Positions 18,491 to 27,068 are shown, numbered from the stretch's first letter. The stretch is 64,000 nucleotides of DNA from a virus (IMGVR_UViG_3300028840_005911:64001-128000), one strand, 5' to 3'. Numbers and translations are program-made. The notes: generated by a model not told the origin, from the letters alone.

Positions 18491-18766
18491 TCAGAGCTGC
18501 GCCTTGAGGGTCGGTGAGGGCCGGAAGCCGACGGTCTTGGAGGCCTTGACCTTGATGATCTCGCCGGTCTGCGGATTGCGGCCCTTGCGGGCCTTGCGCT
18601 TGCGCAGATTGAAGACACCGAAGCCGGCGTAGCTGAAGCGGCCTTCCTTCTTCACCGTCTTGGTGATGGTGCTGAAGACGCTGTCCACGATATCGGTCGC
18701 GGCCTTGGTCGTCATCTCGTACCCCGCCGTCTTCTTGATCTGCTCGATGAATTCCTTCTTGGTCAT
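18491..18766 (-). CDS. hup: HU family DNA-binding protein
   Basis: MTKKEFIEQI..., GFGVFNLRKRKARKGRNPQTGEIIKVKASKTVGFRPS. Confidence 0.95.
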   Translation of the reverse strand: MTKKEFIEQIKKTAGYEMTTKAATDIVDSVFSTITKTVKKEGRFSYAGFGVFNLRKRKARKGRNPQTGEIIKVKASKTVGFRPSPTLKAQL

Positions 18767-18942
18767 GTCTGAACTCCTACAAAAGGGTTAAAGAAAACAC
18801 AGGCAGAATAAGCATAGTAGAGACAATAGTCAACAACTTTCGCCAAAATACGGCCATTATTGGAAATTCTGGGTGACAGTTTCGGTACAAGAATACTGAG
18901 GAGGAAATCCGCATTTTAACCAGCCGGGACTGGGAGAAAACC

Positions 18943-19326
18943 ATGAAGAAAGGAGTAGTCAAGATCGTAGAGGCTAAGGAGAAGTTTCCTGGAAAGGTTC
19001 CCGCAGTCGTGTACGCCGCACTGCTGGAACACAAAACAATGGCGGAGAATTTTGACTGGGCCGCTTGGCTCTACAATCCTATTCTTGGCTCGAGGTTCTT
19101 GCTGGACTCTGACGTAAACCGGCAGAACATCCTAAGAAGAACTGAGTACAACCCGTCATTCCACAAGTGGGGATATGTAGACGGGTCATGCGTCATAGTA
19201 CTAGGCGACTCAGAAGACTACGTTCTCACGACACTCGATTCTCTGCTTCCGCATGTAACGGTGCAAACACTGGACATCTGCGAGGAGAGGATGCTCATGA
19301 AACATCTGATGCGGCCGGGAGGCTAG
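18943..19326 (+). CDS. hypothetical phage protein
   Basis: Promoter variant GAAATT-N17-TACAAG at 18863-18891; terminator 19329-19358. Confidence 0.65.
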   Translation: MKKGVVKIVEAKEKFPGKVPAVVYAALLEHKTMAENFDWAAWLYNPILGSRFLLDSDVNRQNILRRTEYNPSFHKWGYVDGSCVIVLGDSEDYVLTTLDSLLPHVTVQTLDICEERMLMKHLMRPGG

Positions 19327-19360
19327 GAATAAAGGAGGCTCCGGCCTCCTTTATTACCTG

Positions 19361-19388
19361 TAAAATACTGGACTTTCTCAGGTATAAG
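19361..19388 (+). promoter_or_regulatory. phage promoter motif for RAMP-like gene
   Basis: TAAAAT-N16-TATAAG followed by SD AAGGAGGAGG. Confidence 0.78.
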
Positions 19389-19435
19389 AAAAATGTGAAG
19401 AGATCATCTTAACCACCACAAGGAGGAGGAATCAC

Positions 19436-20692
19436 ATGAACATCGATCTCAACATGTTCGAGAAGGACGAGAAGACGGGACTCTACATCATCGAGGACCA
19501 GGTAGTCCTCGGTATCATCCTGGTCTACGTCATCCAGAAGCTCGGACAGTGCAACGACAACCTGCTGCGGGATACCCTCCGTGACAAACTGGGCATCTAC
19601 GTACGCAAGTGGAAGACCGTCTTCCGCAACGCCCTCAACGCTCTCAAGAAGCTGGACCTCATCGCCATCAACCAGCTCCCCGGAGAGGGGGACGTACAGG
19701 AAGAGCACTACTCCCTGAAGAACGTGGAGTTCGCCTCCCCGCCGCATCTGGCCCACTTCAAGGACGTTCTTCCCAAACTGCTTGCAGACGGGACGTCCGC
19801 AGCTATCAAGGTGGCTTTCGACTCCGGGGAAGAAGCGGAGCCAGGGGAGACCACCAAGCCCAAGAGGGGAGCAAACATCAAAGAGAGCCACGTCTACTCA
19901 GTCCGGTTCGAGAGTGAGGAGAAGTTCCTTGCTGGTAGGTCAATCTGTCCGACCATGAGGGACGGCCTGGAGAAATCTCCGTACCAACCGAACATCGATG
20001 GCTATATCAAGCAGGAAGAAGAAGAGCCCAGGAAGACCAAGAAAAAGAAGGCGGCCGATAGGGCAGACGCTAAGATCGACCGCTTCTTCGAGCGAGCCAC
20101 TGACGGCGGGATCCTGATCCACGGTGGTATCACCAAGGGCATGTTCTGCTCTGCCATACCGCGCTTGTACGGCCTCGCCCCGGCAACCGCGAGGGACAAC
20201 GGCGGGTACCCGTCGATCATCGTCTACCCGAACAATCACGGTATCCAACTGACCACACTTCCGGTCCAGGCCTCCAACGGCAAGTCAGCCGCACCGCAAA
20301 CCTACGAGACAATCATGCCTGGAGAGGAGATCCTGCTCAGGTTCTGGGCCCCGACCAAAGGGTTCCTGGACGCGGACATCATCGTTGAGTATCTCGAGTT
20401 CATCGGCCTCTTCCCAAAACGCACCCTTTCGCCCGGTCGTGGCACCGAGACTGGGAAGATGAGGATGACTCACTTCGTTGACCATGGCCTTGTTCCGGAG
20501 ATATTCGAGAAGCGCAAGAAGAACAGGAAGAAGCTTCCCATAGATGCATACCTCGACTGGGAGTTCGAAAAGGAGACCGGGGTAACGCTCCAAAAAGTCG
20601 GCGGTGCCCCGAAGACTAAGAAGGCCCGCATGCGGGTCGACGGCAACAAGATGCTCCTCTTCAAGACGAAGGGAGACCAGGCTCAGGCGTAG
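19436..20692 (+). CDS. stand-alone Cas7/RAMP-superfamily protein with N-terminal winged-helix domain
   Basis: RAMP-order motifs: VYSVRFESEEKFLAG; FFERATDGGILIHGGITKGMFCSA; TLPVQASNGKSAAPQTYETIMPGEEILLRF; Gly loop LSPGRGTETGKMRM; residues about 20-95 wHTH-like. Confidence 0.72.
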   Translation: MNIDLNMFEKDEKTGLYIIEDQVVLGIILVYVIQKLGQCNDNLLRDTLRDKLGIYVRKWKTVFRNALNALKKLDLIAINQLPGEGDVQEEHYSLKNVEFASPPHLAHFKDVLPKLLADGTSAAIKVAFDSGEEAEPGETTKPKRGANIKESHVYSVRFESEEKFLAGRSICPTMRDGLEKSPYQPNIDGYIKQEEEEPRKTKKKKAADRADAKIDRFFERATDGGILIHGGITKGMFCSAIPRLYGLAPATARDNGGYPSIIVYPNNHGIQLTTLPVQASNGKSAAPQTYETIMPGEEILLRFWAPTKGFLDADIIVEYLEFIGLFPKRTLSPGRGTETGKMRMTHFVDHGLVPEIFEKRKKNRKKLPIDAYLDWEFEKETGVTLQKVGGAPKTKKARMRVDGNKMLLFKTKGDQAQA

Positions 20693-20757
20693 TTCCTCCC
20701 CCTGGGTGCGCCTGGAGAGAGGGTGGGTCGCGCATCACCCCACCCTCTCTTTAGCCG

Positions 20758-20786
20758 TAAATTTGACGACCCCTTTTGGGTATAAG
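20758..20786 (+). promoter_or_regulatory. phage promoter motif, preceded by terminator 20715-20753
   Basis: TAAATT-N17-TATAAG. Confidence 0.75.
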
Positions 20787-20830
20787 AATACTGGAGAAGG
20801 ACAACCTTATATCCATAGGAGGGGAAAGCC

Positions 20831-21193
20831 ATGGATCACGTCAGCAAGCACACCAAAGGAGTCATGAACTCAATCGCCAGGTTCGCTCTCAAGCACCAGG
20901 AGAGAAACGGAATCGAAACGAAGTGGGTCTCCAAGAGCAGGATCCACGTCGTGTTCGGGAAGGAGTTCGGGGTCGACCTGAACACCATCAACTGGACCGG
21001 TGAGATCTATAAGCTCAAGCGCCGCTACGGAAAGTCAATTCGAGAACGTCTCGAGTACATTGTCCCCGGGGCCGATCTCAAGTACGACTTCTACTACCAG
21101 CTGGCAAAGATGATCTGGAGAGATCGCTACAAGAGGAAATTGACGAAGACACCAGGGTCCTGTATCATCGACGATACGTCACACACTTCTTGA
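20831..21193 (+). CDS. hypothetical basic protein
   Basis: GGAGGGG SD. Confidence 0.7.
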   Translation: MDHVSKHTKGVMNSIARFALKHQERNGIETKWVSKSRIHVVFGKEFGVDLNTINWTGEIYKLKRRYGKSIRERLEYIVPGADLKYDFYYQLAKMIWRDRYKRKLTKTPGSCIIDDTSHTS

Positions 21194-21318
21194 CCGGTTT
21201 ACAGCATCCCTGTACCGGTCTACCAAAAATGACAGGTTCCTCCCGAGGGCTTCGCTGGGAGGGTCATTGAACGTGGTGAATGGGGGTCGCCCTCGCCCCC
21301 TAGTAACCGGAGGTCCTC

Positions 21319-21570
21319 ATGTACCAGCTGAAGAAGCACGTGAACCAGACCGTCCGCAAATTTCTTATATCCAAAGGGGCCTATATGCACCCGGAGGCGA
21401 TAAAGAAGCTGAAGAAGTTATCTGCAGACAGGCCGTACAACTACATCTACCAGATCAAGAGAAGATACCGGAAGATAGTGAGGAAGGCTCGCAAGAAATA
21501 CCCGAACATCGTCCACGACTGGATGGCAATCTATTACGCCTACAGGCTAGGGAGAGGAAGATGGACATAG
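21319..21570 (+). CDS. hypothetical basic protein
   Basis: GGAGG SD. Confidence 0.6.
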   Translation: MYQLKKHVNQTVRKFLISKGAYMHPEAIKKLKKLSADRPYNYIYQIKRRYRKIVRKARKKYPNIVHDWMAIYYAYRLGRGRWT

Positions 21571-22076
21571 AGAAGAAATTCTATCTGACACAGAGGATAG
21601 AGAAGCAGTGGAATGCTCCTCGGGACGATAAGGAAGGCGTCGACGCTTATTTCGCCTTCGACTACATGGGATCTTCAGAGTTCGAGTGGGGAGCGCTCCC
21701 TAAGGCTCTGCGAGACATGCGCAAGGGCTGGAAGGAAGAAGAGCCAGTCATTGTGAGGATCAACGCATACATCCCCCTGGATGATATTGAAGAAAAAGAT
21801 AATGGGGTCACCTGTCATGTCTGGTTTGTAGGCAATAGAGAAGACCTCGAGGACGCTACTGATTTCTTCAACGACCAACTCACTGATAGGAAGATCCGAA
21901 TCCATGAGAGGACCTGCATGTCACAGGCCTACGGTATCCCTGAGGGGCCATATGACAAGGCATCAAGCTTCTACGACAGGCTGATAGGGTGGTGGGCTCT
22001 GAATGGTCTGATATGTCTCTTCCGGGACGAGGAGGACGCAAAAATCTGGAAAAGGGAGGTTCTCAATGGACAATAA
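21561..22076 (+). CDS. hypothetical phage protein
   Basis: FDYMGSSEFEWGALPKAL motif; ATG at 21561. Confidence 0.65.
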   Translation: MDIEKKFYLTQRIEKQWNAPRDDKEGVDAYFAFDYMGSSEFEWGALPKALRDMRKGWKEEEPVIVRINAYIPLDDIEEKDNGVTCHVWFVGNREDLEDATDFFNDQLTDRKIRIHERTCMSQAYGIPEGPYDKASSFYDRLIGWWALNGLICLFRDEEDAKIWKREVLNGQ

Positions 22077-22105
22077 GAAACGTACTGCAAGAGCTGGAGC
22101 TTGCA

Positions 22106-22133
22106 TAAAATCTAGCTGTGAATACGGTATAAG
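22106..22133 (+). promoter_or_regulatory. phage promoter motif
   Basis: TAAAAT-N16-TATAAG. Confidence 0.75.
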
Positions 22134-22196
22134 GATACTGTAGGAGATCGTTAGGTCTCCATGTTACAATCTCAGCTTCACAAGGAGGGAAATCCC

Positions 22197-22952
22197 ATGG
22201 GTAAGATGCACGAACTGCTGGCAGTCGAGTCAGACCGCGAGGCGGTCTTCAAGAAGGTCGTCACCGAGGCCGGCGATACGTTCCGTAAACGCTCCGACCA
22301 CTTCCTCGGGCACCACAAGACGCTCGAGATGAAGGAAGAGGGCAAGGAGATGGCAGAGGCCGCTGCCGAAGACCACAAGGCCATGGTCACGACTGTCGGC
22401 AAGAAGCTCGACTACGTCTCCAACCCGGTCGTCACATACCTGGACGCGGTCCTGCAGAAGGAATGCACCAACCAGGTGGCGAAAGCCGATCTCGTTCTTC
22501 CGGACGGCACCGTGCTCGGCAAAGACCTGCCGGCCACCTTCTTGCTAGGGCTCGAGTCCAAGCTCAAGTTCCTCCGTCAGATGTACGAGAACATCCCGAC
22601 CTTGTCCCCTGGGACAGAGTGGGTCGCAGATGATCAGATGGGCGAAGGGGTCTACAAGTCCAAGCATCTCGAGACCAAGGCCAAGACGGAGACGACTGTC
22701 GAACACAAGGTCATCGTCGAAGCCACCGAGCACCACCCGGCCCAGATCGGCGAGGCATCCATCACCGAGGTCGTCGGTGTCTTCAAGACCAAGCACTGGA
22801 GCGGGATGATCTCTCCTGCCCGGAAGTCGGAGCTCCTGGGACGGTTGGACGTACTCATGCAGGCCGCCAAGCAAGCAAGGATGAGGGCCAACTCAGCGGA
22901 CACCATCGACAGGAAGATCGGCAAGGAGCTGGTGGACTACATCAACGCATAG
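22197..22952 (+). CDS. uncharacterised helical/coiled-coil protein (LLAVE...PATFLLGLE...EATEHHPAQ...WSGMIS family)
   Basis: AAGGAGG SD, strong codon bias; lies directly upstream of the tRNA-like RNA. Confidence 0.75.
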   Translation: MGKMHELLAVESDREAVFKKVVTEAGDTFRKRSDHFLGHHKTLEMKEEGKEMAEAAAEDHKAMVTTVGKKLDYVSNPVVTYLDAVLQKECTNQVAKADLVLPDGTVLGKDLPATFLLGLESKLKFLRQMYENIPTLSPGTEWVADDQMGEGVYKSKHLETKAKTETTVEHKVIVEATEHHPAQIGEASITEVVGVFKTKHWSGMISPARKSELLGRLDVLMQAAKQARMRANSADTIDRKIGKELVDYINA

Positions 22953-23125
22953 GAGAACAGAGGTTTGACAAGTGGGTCAGCATTGGTGTTCCTGAAGCGG
23001 AGTCCCGGTTTGACACCCGGAACAAGGCCCGCAGACAGGGGTACTGAGCTTCAGAGTGAGCGTCAGCTTATCGAACCCACAGCGTCAATAGCCGTAATAC
23101 AACCCTGATGAGGATCTTCTGGCAT

Positions 23126-23228
23126 GAACCACAATCACCGTGGTCGCAGGTTCAAGTCCTGCCATCCCCTCCAACCTATGGGGATGTAGCTCAGTGGTAA
23201 GAGCGACGGGTCGTTGTTGTAACGGTTC
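23126..23228 (+). ncRNA. circularly permuted tRNA-like RNA (YrlA/Y-RNA-like tRNA mimic)
   Basis: T arm GCAGG-TTCAAGT-CCTGC (23146-62), then CATCCCC-TCCA, a loop, GGGGATG (23180-86), then D arm GCTC-AGTGGTAA-GAGC; ACGG pairs with upstream CCGT; no anticodon loop. Confidence 0.78.
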
Positions 23229-23329
23229 TTGGGTAGATGATTCCAAGGGTGGCGGCGCTGGGTGACTGGGAGACGATGTGTATCTATGGAGATTTGGCAC
23301 GTCAATGTCTTCCAGTCACTCCATCATTA

Positions 23330-23373
23330 GGGCCGGGAGGCCGCAAATAGCCGGCCTCCCGGCCCTCTCTTTT
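23330..23373 (+). terminator. intrinsic terminator
   Basis: AGGGCCGGGAGGCCG/CCGGCCTCCCGGCCCT stem followed by CTCTTTT. Confidence 0.75.
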
Positions 23374-23482
23374 GAGGAGATTTAATGGGCGATCCAATGT
23401 TCGGGTACATGGTAGGCTCACTGATCGTTATCGTGCTCGTGGTTGTGATCTTCTCCTGTACTCCAGATAGGAGGAGGAAACG

Positions 23483-23776
23483 ATGAGAGAACCAATAGAC
23501 TACGACGGATACATGTGGGATCGAGACCCAGAGGCCGTAGAGGAACACAAAGAGCTCGAGCCCGCACTGGAGGTACTCGACGCCTTCATCTCGGACTGGG
23601 TCGAGCCGTGCTACAATTTCCTGGACTTCCAACGAGAGGCTCTGGTAACAATCGAAGCCTACATCAAATTCCTCGAGGGCCCAAACATGGCAGAAGGCGA
23701 TCTGAAGGCACTCAGGGAGAGGTTCCGAAATGAGCGAGAAAGAAGCCAAGAAGAGAGAGCTCCTGAACAGGGCTGA
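23483..23776 (+). CDS. hypothetical phage protein
   Basis: GGAGGAGG SD. Confidence 0.6.
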   Translation: MREPIDYDGYMWDRDPEAVEEHKELEPALEVLDAFISDWVEPCYNFLDFQREALVTIEAYIKFLEGPNMAEGDLKALRERFRNERERSQEERAPEQG

Positions 23777-23930
23777 GAATACCCTAACGGAGCTCATGGA
23801 TGTTGTCGAGAAGGACAGCAAGAAGATCCTCACGATGGATACCATCAACGGGGTCCGCAAGCTCCGGACATATCTCGTCGGCGGACATTACACGCCGTTT
23901 CTTGGCATAAAAGATCGAACAGGCCAGTAG
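23730..23930 (+). CDS. hypothetical phage protein
   Basis: ORF track. Confidence 0.55.
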   Translation: MSEKEAKKRELLNRAENTLTELMDVVEKDSKKILTMDTINGVRKLRTYLVGGHYTPFLGIKDRTGQ

Positions 23931-24001
23931 CTCAATTGGTAGAGCACCCGCAATCTGAAACATGCGGGAGGTTTGGGGTTCAAGTCCTTGCTGGCCTACC
24001 A
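23921..24001 (+). tRNA. atypical tRNA-Phe(GAA)-like gene with extended anticodon arm
   Basis: AGGCCAG/CTGGCCT-A-CCA acceptor, canonical D arm, CCCGCAAT-CTGAAAC-ATGCGGG anticodon arm (22 nt instead of 17), G-U-rich T stem with TTCAAGT. Confidence 0.68.
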
Positions 24002-24133
24002 GTTCCGGGCCATAGTGGTCCGGTGAAGCTTCTAGGATGGCCCCTGGAGCTTCAAGGCCCTGGGCGCGGGGAAGGAAAAGGATTCCTCCTTTTGGGTGCT
24101 CCCCGCGCCCGGGCAATCTCTCAAGGAGCGCCG

Positions 24134-24394
24134 ATGCACAAATTTAAGTGTCCCCACTGTGGAGACGATTCCTATATCTGCCGCAACGAGACGGTGTACC
24201 TACAGACGCCGGTGAAACCAACAGACACCTCATGGACATACGACGAGGACAGGATGGCATTTGACGGGGCGATCCTGTGGGATACCTGCGGACGGTACGA
24301 TCTCGATGACCAGGAATTCAAGTGTGTGAACTGCCTGACCGACTTCGACTGGTCCATCATCGACGGGCCAACGAACGTCGTTCTACCTGACTAG
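24134..24394 (+). CDS. small Zn-ribbon protein
   Basis: FKCPHCG...FKCVNC; AAGGAG SD. Confidence 0.6.
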   Translation: MHKFKCPHCGDDSYICRNETVYLQTPVKPTDTSWTYDEDRMAFDGAILWDTCGRYDLDDQEFKCVNCLTDFDWSIIDGPTNVVLPD

Positions 24395-24402
24395 GAACAA
24401 CA

Positions 24403-24642
24403 ATGAAATGCCAAAGATGTGAAAGCGAGAGGATCCTGAAATTCTCCGGGAAGACCTCTGACCTCTTTTCCTGCTACTACATGGGCAAAGAGCACCAAGG
24501 GTATGTGCCGAAAGGCATCGGTATCAACGATAAGTACAGGGACTATCTACAAGGACGTCTGTGCATGGAGTGCGGACAAGTCCAAGGAGAATTCCCCGTA
24601 CCCGGGCCAGACATCGAAGACGATGAAGAAGAGGAGTTGTAA
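24403..24642 (+). CDS. small Zn-finger protein
   Basis: MKCQRCES...LCMECGQVQG. Confidence 0.65.
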   Translation: MKCQRCESERILKFSGKTSDLFSCYYMGKEHQGYVPKGIGINDKYRDYLQGRLCMECGQVQGEFPVPGPDIEDDEEEEL

Positions 24643-24643
24643 C

Positions 24644-25027
24644 ATGTTCGAAGAGCTGACCTTCAAGAAAGAGGAAGTCCTCAATAGGCTGAAGATCAAT
24701 CGCGAGGAGCATCTGAAGATCGTACGCGAAGCCCAGGAGGGTTACCGGGAGCAGTACGAGAAGCTCCTGGTCAAGACCCTCGATGATCTCCGGTCCGGGA
24801 AAGAGGTTCCTAACCACGTAGGTCTGACAGTCCCGTCGAACCACGTGGATGATTATGACCGTGCTATCGAGATGCTCGAGATGTGCACCGAGAAAGAGAT
24901 CATCCTCGACGAGAACCAGTTCCAGGAGCTCATGCGTAACAAGTGGAACTGGATGAGCGGGTTCCTGGTCAGCAACGCTGGTTACAGCGCCACTGCCCAC
25001 AACATCACCACGACAGCCGACGTGTAA
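24644..25027 (+). CDS. hypothetical helical phage protein
   Basis: GAGGAG SD; HVDDYDRAIEMLEM motif. Confidence 0.7.
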   Translation: MFEELTFKKEEVLNRLKINREEHLKIVREAQEGYREQYEKLLVKTLDDLRSGKEVPNHVGLTVPSNHVDDYDRAIEMLEMCTEKEIILDENQFQELMRNKWNWMSGFLVSNAGYSATAHNITTTADV

Positions 25028-25052
25028 AATACTGAAATCATTCGGTTATAAG
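25025..25052 (+). promoter_or_regulatory. phage promoter motif driving an ncRNA
   Basis: TAAAAT-N16-TATAAG with no ORF before the next terminator. Confidence 0.75.
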
Positions 25053-25059
25053 AACTTCG

Positions 25060-25268
25060 AGGAGAAGTTTACACACCTGGTCCCCTCACTCCCCTCCGAG
25101 GGGACCAAACTCCTACACCTTGGGCCTGCCGGCAGGTATCCCTCCCCCTCCTGCCGGCAGGCCCCTTCAAAAACTGGATGTTAGGTGGAACTGCCGTGCG
25201 CATGTCCGGGAGTCCGTAGGAATGGGTAGGTGAGGTAAGAAGGGGAGCCCTGTTCCTCTTCTTTTAGC
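25060..25268 (+). ncRNA. ncRNA: two hairpins with C-rich loops, (GNNN)n array I, terminator
   Basis: TGGTCCCCTC/GAGGGGACCA and GGGCCTGCCGGCAG/CTGCCGGCAGGCCC stems; G at 13/15 in-phase positions 25176-25232. Confidence 0.72.
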
Positions 25269-25338
25269 CCATGAATTCTAAGGTCTTCTTGCGGTATAAG
25301 GATACTGAGGAAGAACCTTAGCACCACAGGAGGAAGCC

Positions 25339-25683
25339 ATGAAATATCTTGAGAGAGCGGCGATAAGCCTGCAATCTGTTCTACACAAAGGGAGCACCGA
25401 TCTCGAGAAGATCGGCATCTTGCTGGCCAACATCCATACCATCATCGATCTGTGGATCCCCATCGGCCGGGCTGTTCAGATCATGGGTCGGGAGCGTTCG
25501 GCCCCGGTTCTGCGCTCGAGGGCCGAGAAGCTCATCAGGGATATCCGTAGAGAGGACGAGGATGCCGTCAGAGAGGATATCTCGGTCATAGAGGACATAG
25601 TATACCAGTACACCGGAAAACGTCCCGTAGGGGGCAAGGAGTACGCTAGCAGGGAGACTATCCAGTTTGTCGACGCCCCCTGA
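25339..25683 (+). CDS. hypothetical phage protein
   Basis: Promoter TGAATT-N17-TATAAG at 25272-25300; GGAGG SD. Confidence 0.65.
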   Translation: MKYLERAAISLQSVLHKGSTDLEKIGILLANIHTIIDLWIPIGRAVQIMGRERSAPVLRSRAEKLIRDIRREDEDAVREDISVIEDIVYQYTGKRPVGGKEYASRETIQFVDAP

Positions 25684-25813
25684 GTCTGATACACTGGCCT
25701 CGGCCCTGCCGGATAGTTCATCCATGTGAGCTCCTACCAAGTCCAGCAGGGTCATTTATTTTGGAGAAGGAAATGGACAGACCAACATACAGGAGCAGAA
25801 GAAGAGTGGACTG

Positions 25814-26032
25814 GTGGCTATCACCACCGGTCTGTTCATCGACAGGGCATCTTCACGAAAACAGATAGAGGAGGCATGGCCCAGCCTCTGCAAGGATCTC
25901 GGGCTGGTTGATGACAAAACCGGGACGAACACGTACACCATTCAGGGGTTCGATCTCTACAAGTGGGTTGAGGAGAAGCACCAAGAGAAGTTCAACTCTG
26001 AGCCGGACCCTGTACCAAAACCCCATTCTTGA
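25814..26032 (+). CDS. hypothetical phage protein
   Basis: ORF track. Confidence 0.5.
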   Translation: MAITTGLFIDRASSRKQIEEAWPSLCKDLGLVDDKTGTNTYTIQGFDLYKWVEEKHQEKFNSEPDPVPKPHS

Positions 26033-26160
26033 CATGCGCGATCACCTCTTTGCAGTGATCACAGACAATGCACACATATCCGTCAATGACCTGAACGGAG
26101 AGGATATGGAACATGTGTTTCTCGAGATCCATTTCTAGATTGTAGCACAGGAGCAAAGTT

Positions 26161-26409
26161 ATGGGAGATTTGTCAGACGACCTCCGCGAGATGGGTATAG
26201 CCGAGGAAGGTATACCCCAGACGGAGATGATCTGTGAAATATTCGCACCGGTGATTGACGAGCTCATCGAACATCGCCTCGACGCGGCTACTACTGAAAA
26301 AGAGAAGAGGAATGCTCCCTACGATGTGAGGGACTACCTGTTCCGTCTGATAACCGCGATAGCCACTCAGAAAAAATACATCAGGAGGGCAAACGAATGG
26401 AAAGAGTAA
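26161..26409 (+). CDS. hypothetical phage protein
   Basis: AGGAG SD. Confidence 0.6.
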   Translation: MGDLSDDLREMGIAEEGIPQTEMICEIFAPVIDELIEHRLDAATTEKEKRNAPYDVRDYLFRLITAIATQKKYIRRANEWKE

Positions 26410-26639
26410 GCGCGTGGGTCATCGTCTGCGGGACTGGCGCCTTATACCCTATAGGGTCAGGTGGAGGGAAGGCCGCCTACATCCACAAAGAGGTCGCCGA
26501 GGATGTAATGATGGCCATCGCTGATCACGATAAGGCCTACGTCAAAGGTCGCGGAGGTCTTCACCTCGAAGAAATAACTGCAGAGGCCGGCCTGTTCAAG
26601 CAGCTAGGCCTCAATCTTGTCACGCAGGAGAAAGAGTAA
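26397..26639 (+). CDS. hypothetical phage protein
   Basis: GGAGGG SD. Confidence 0.55.
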   Translation: MERVSAWVIVCGTGALYPIGSGGGKAAYIHKEVAEDVMMAIADHDKAYVKGRGGLHLEEITAEAGLFKQLGLNLVTQEKE

Positions 26640-26881
26640 TGGCCTACGTAGTCGGACTTCTCACAGATGAGGAGATGGAGATTCTCGAAGAGCGCGGATG
26701 GGATTTCGAGGAACCTCCCGCAGAGCTCAAGCTGGGGAGGTGTCCCCCGGGAAAGGTCCAGAAGATGGTCTGGGTCGACAGTGATATGTTCGAGATCATC
26801 GGCCCCTGGGAAGACAGGTCGTTCAGTGACGGTCCTCCCTACGATGCCGCAACTGCTACGGGGATGTACGACCGGTACTAA
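26639..26881 (+). CDS. hypothetical acidic phage protein
   Basis: TAATG overlap. Confidence 0.6.
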   Translation: MAYVVGLLTDEEMEILEERGWDFEEPPAELKLGRCPPGKVQKMVWVDSDMFEIIGPWEDRSFSDGPPYDAATATGMYDRY

Positions 26882-26900
26882 ACACGGCCGGTTGAATGGC

Positions 26901-27068
26901 GATAGATTGAATGAGTTACTGATAGTTTGCGAGGGAGTTGGGAAGGACGGAGTCTGGAAAGCAGTGAGGAAAGGGCGGAAGGTTGTTCGATCTCACGAGG
27001 GATAGGCAGCCAGTGGGCCTGTGGGGAGGAGCGAACGGAAAAGAGACTGATCTGGTCTCTTTTCTTAC
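26901..27068 (+). ncRNA. (GNNN)n array B plus terminator hairpin
   Basis: G at 31/35 in-phase positions 26901-27037; off-phase G 28/105; hairpin GAAAAGAGAC/GTCTCTTTTC-TTAC. Confidence 0.8.

Noticed and set aside
23230-23320. Possible eighth GNNN array after the tRNA-like RNA
   Set aside because: Only about 11/18 in-phase G in a G-rich stretch that forms a hairpin.
24002-24130. Theta/HDV-like ribozyme after the tRNA-like gene; also considered for the pseudoknot at 29806-29862
   Set aside because: The trailer folds as simple hairpins. The pseudoknot lacks the P1.1 GG, the L3 consensus and P4/J4-2 geometry.
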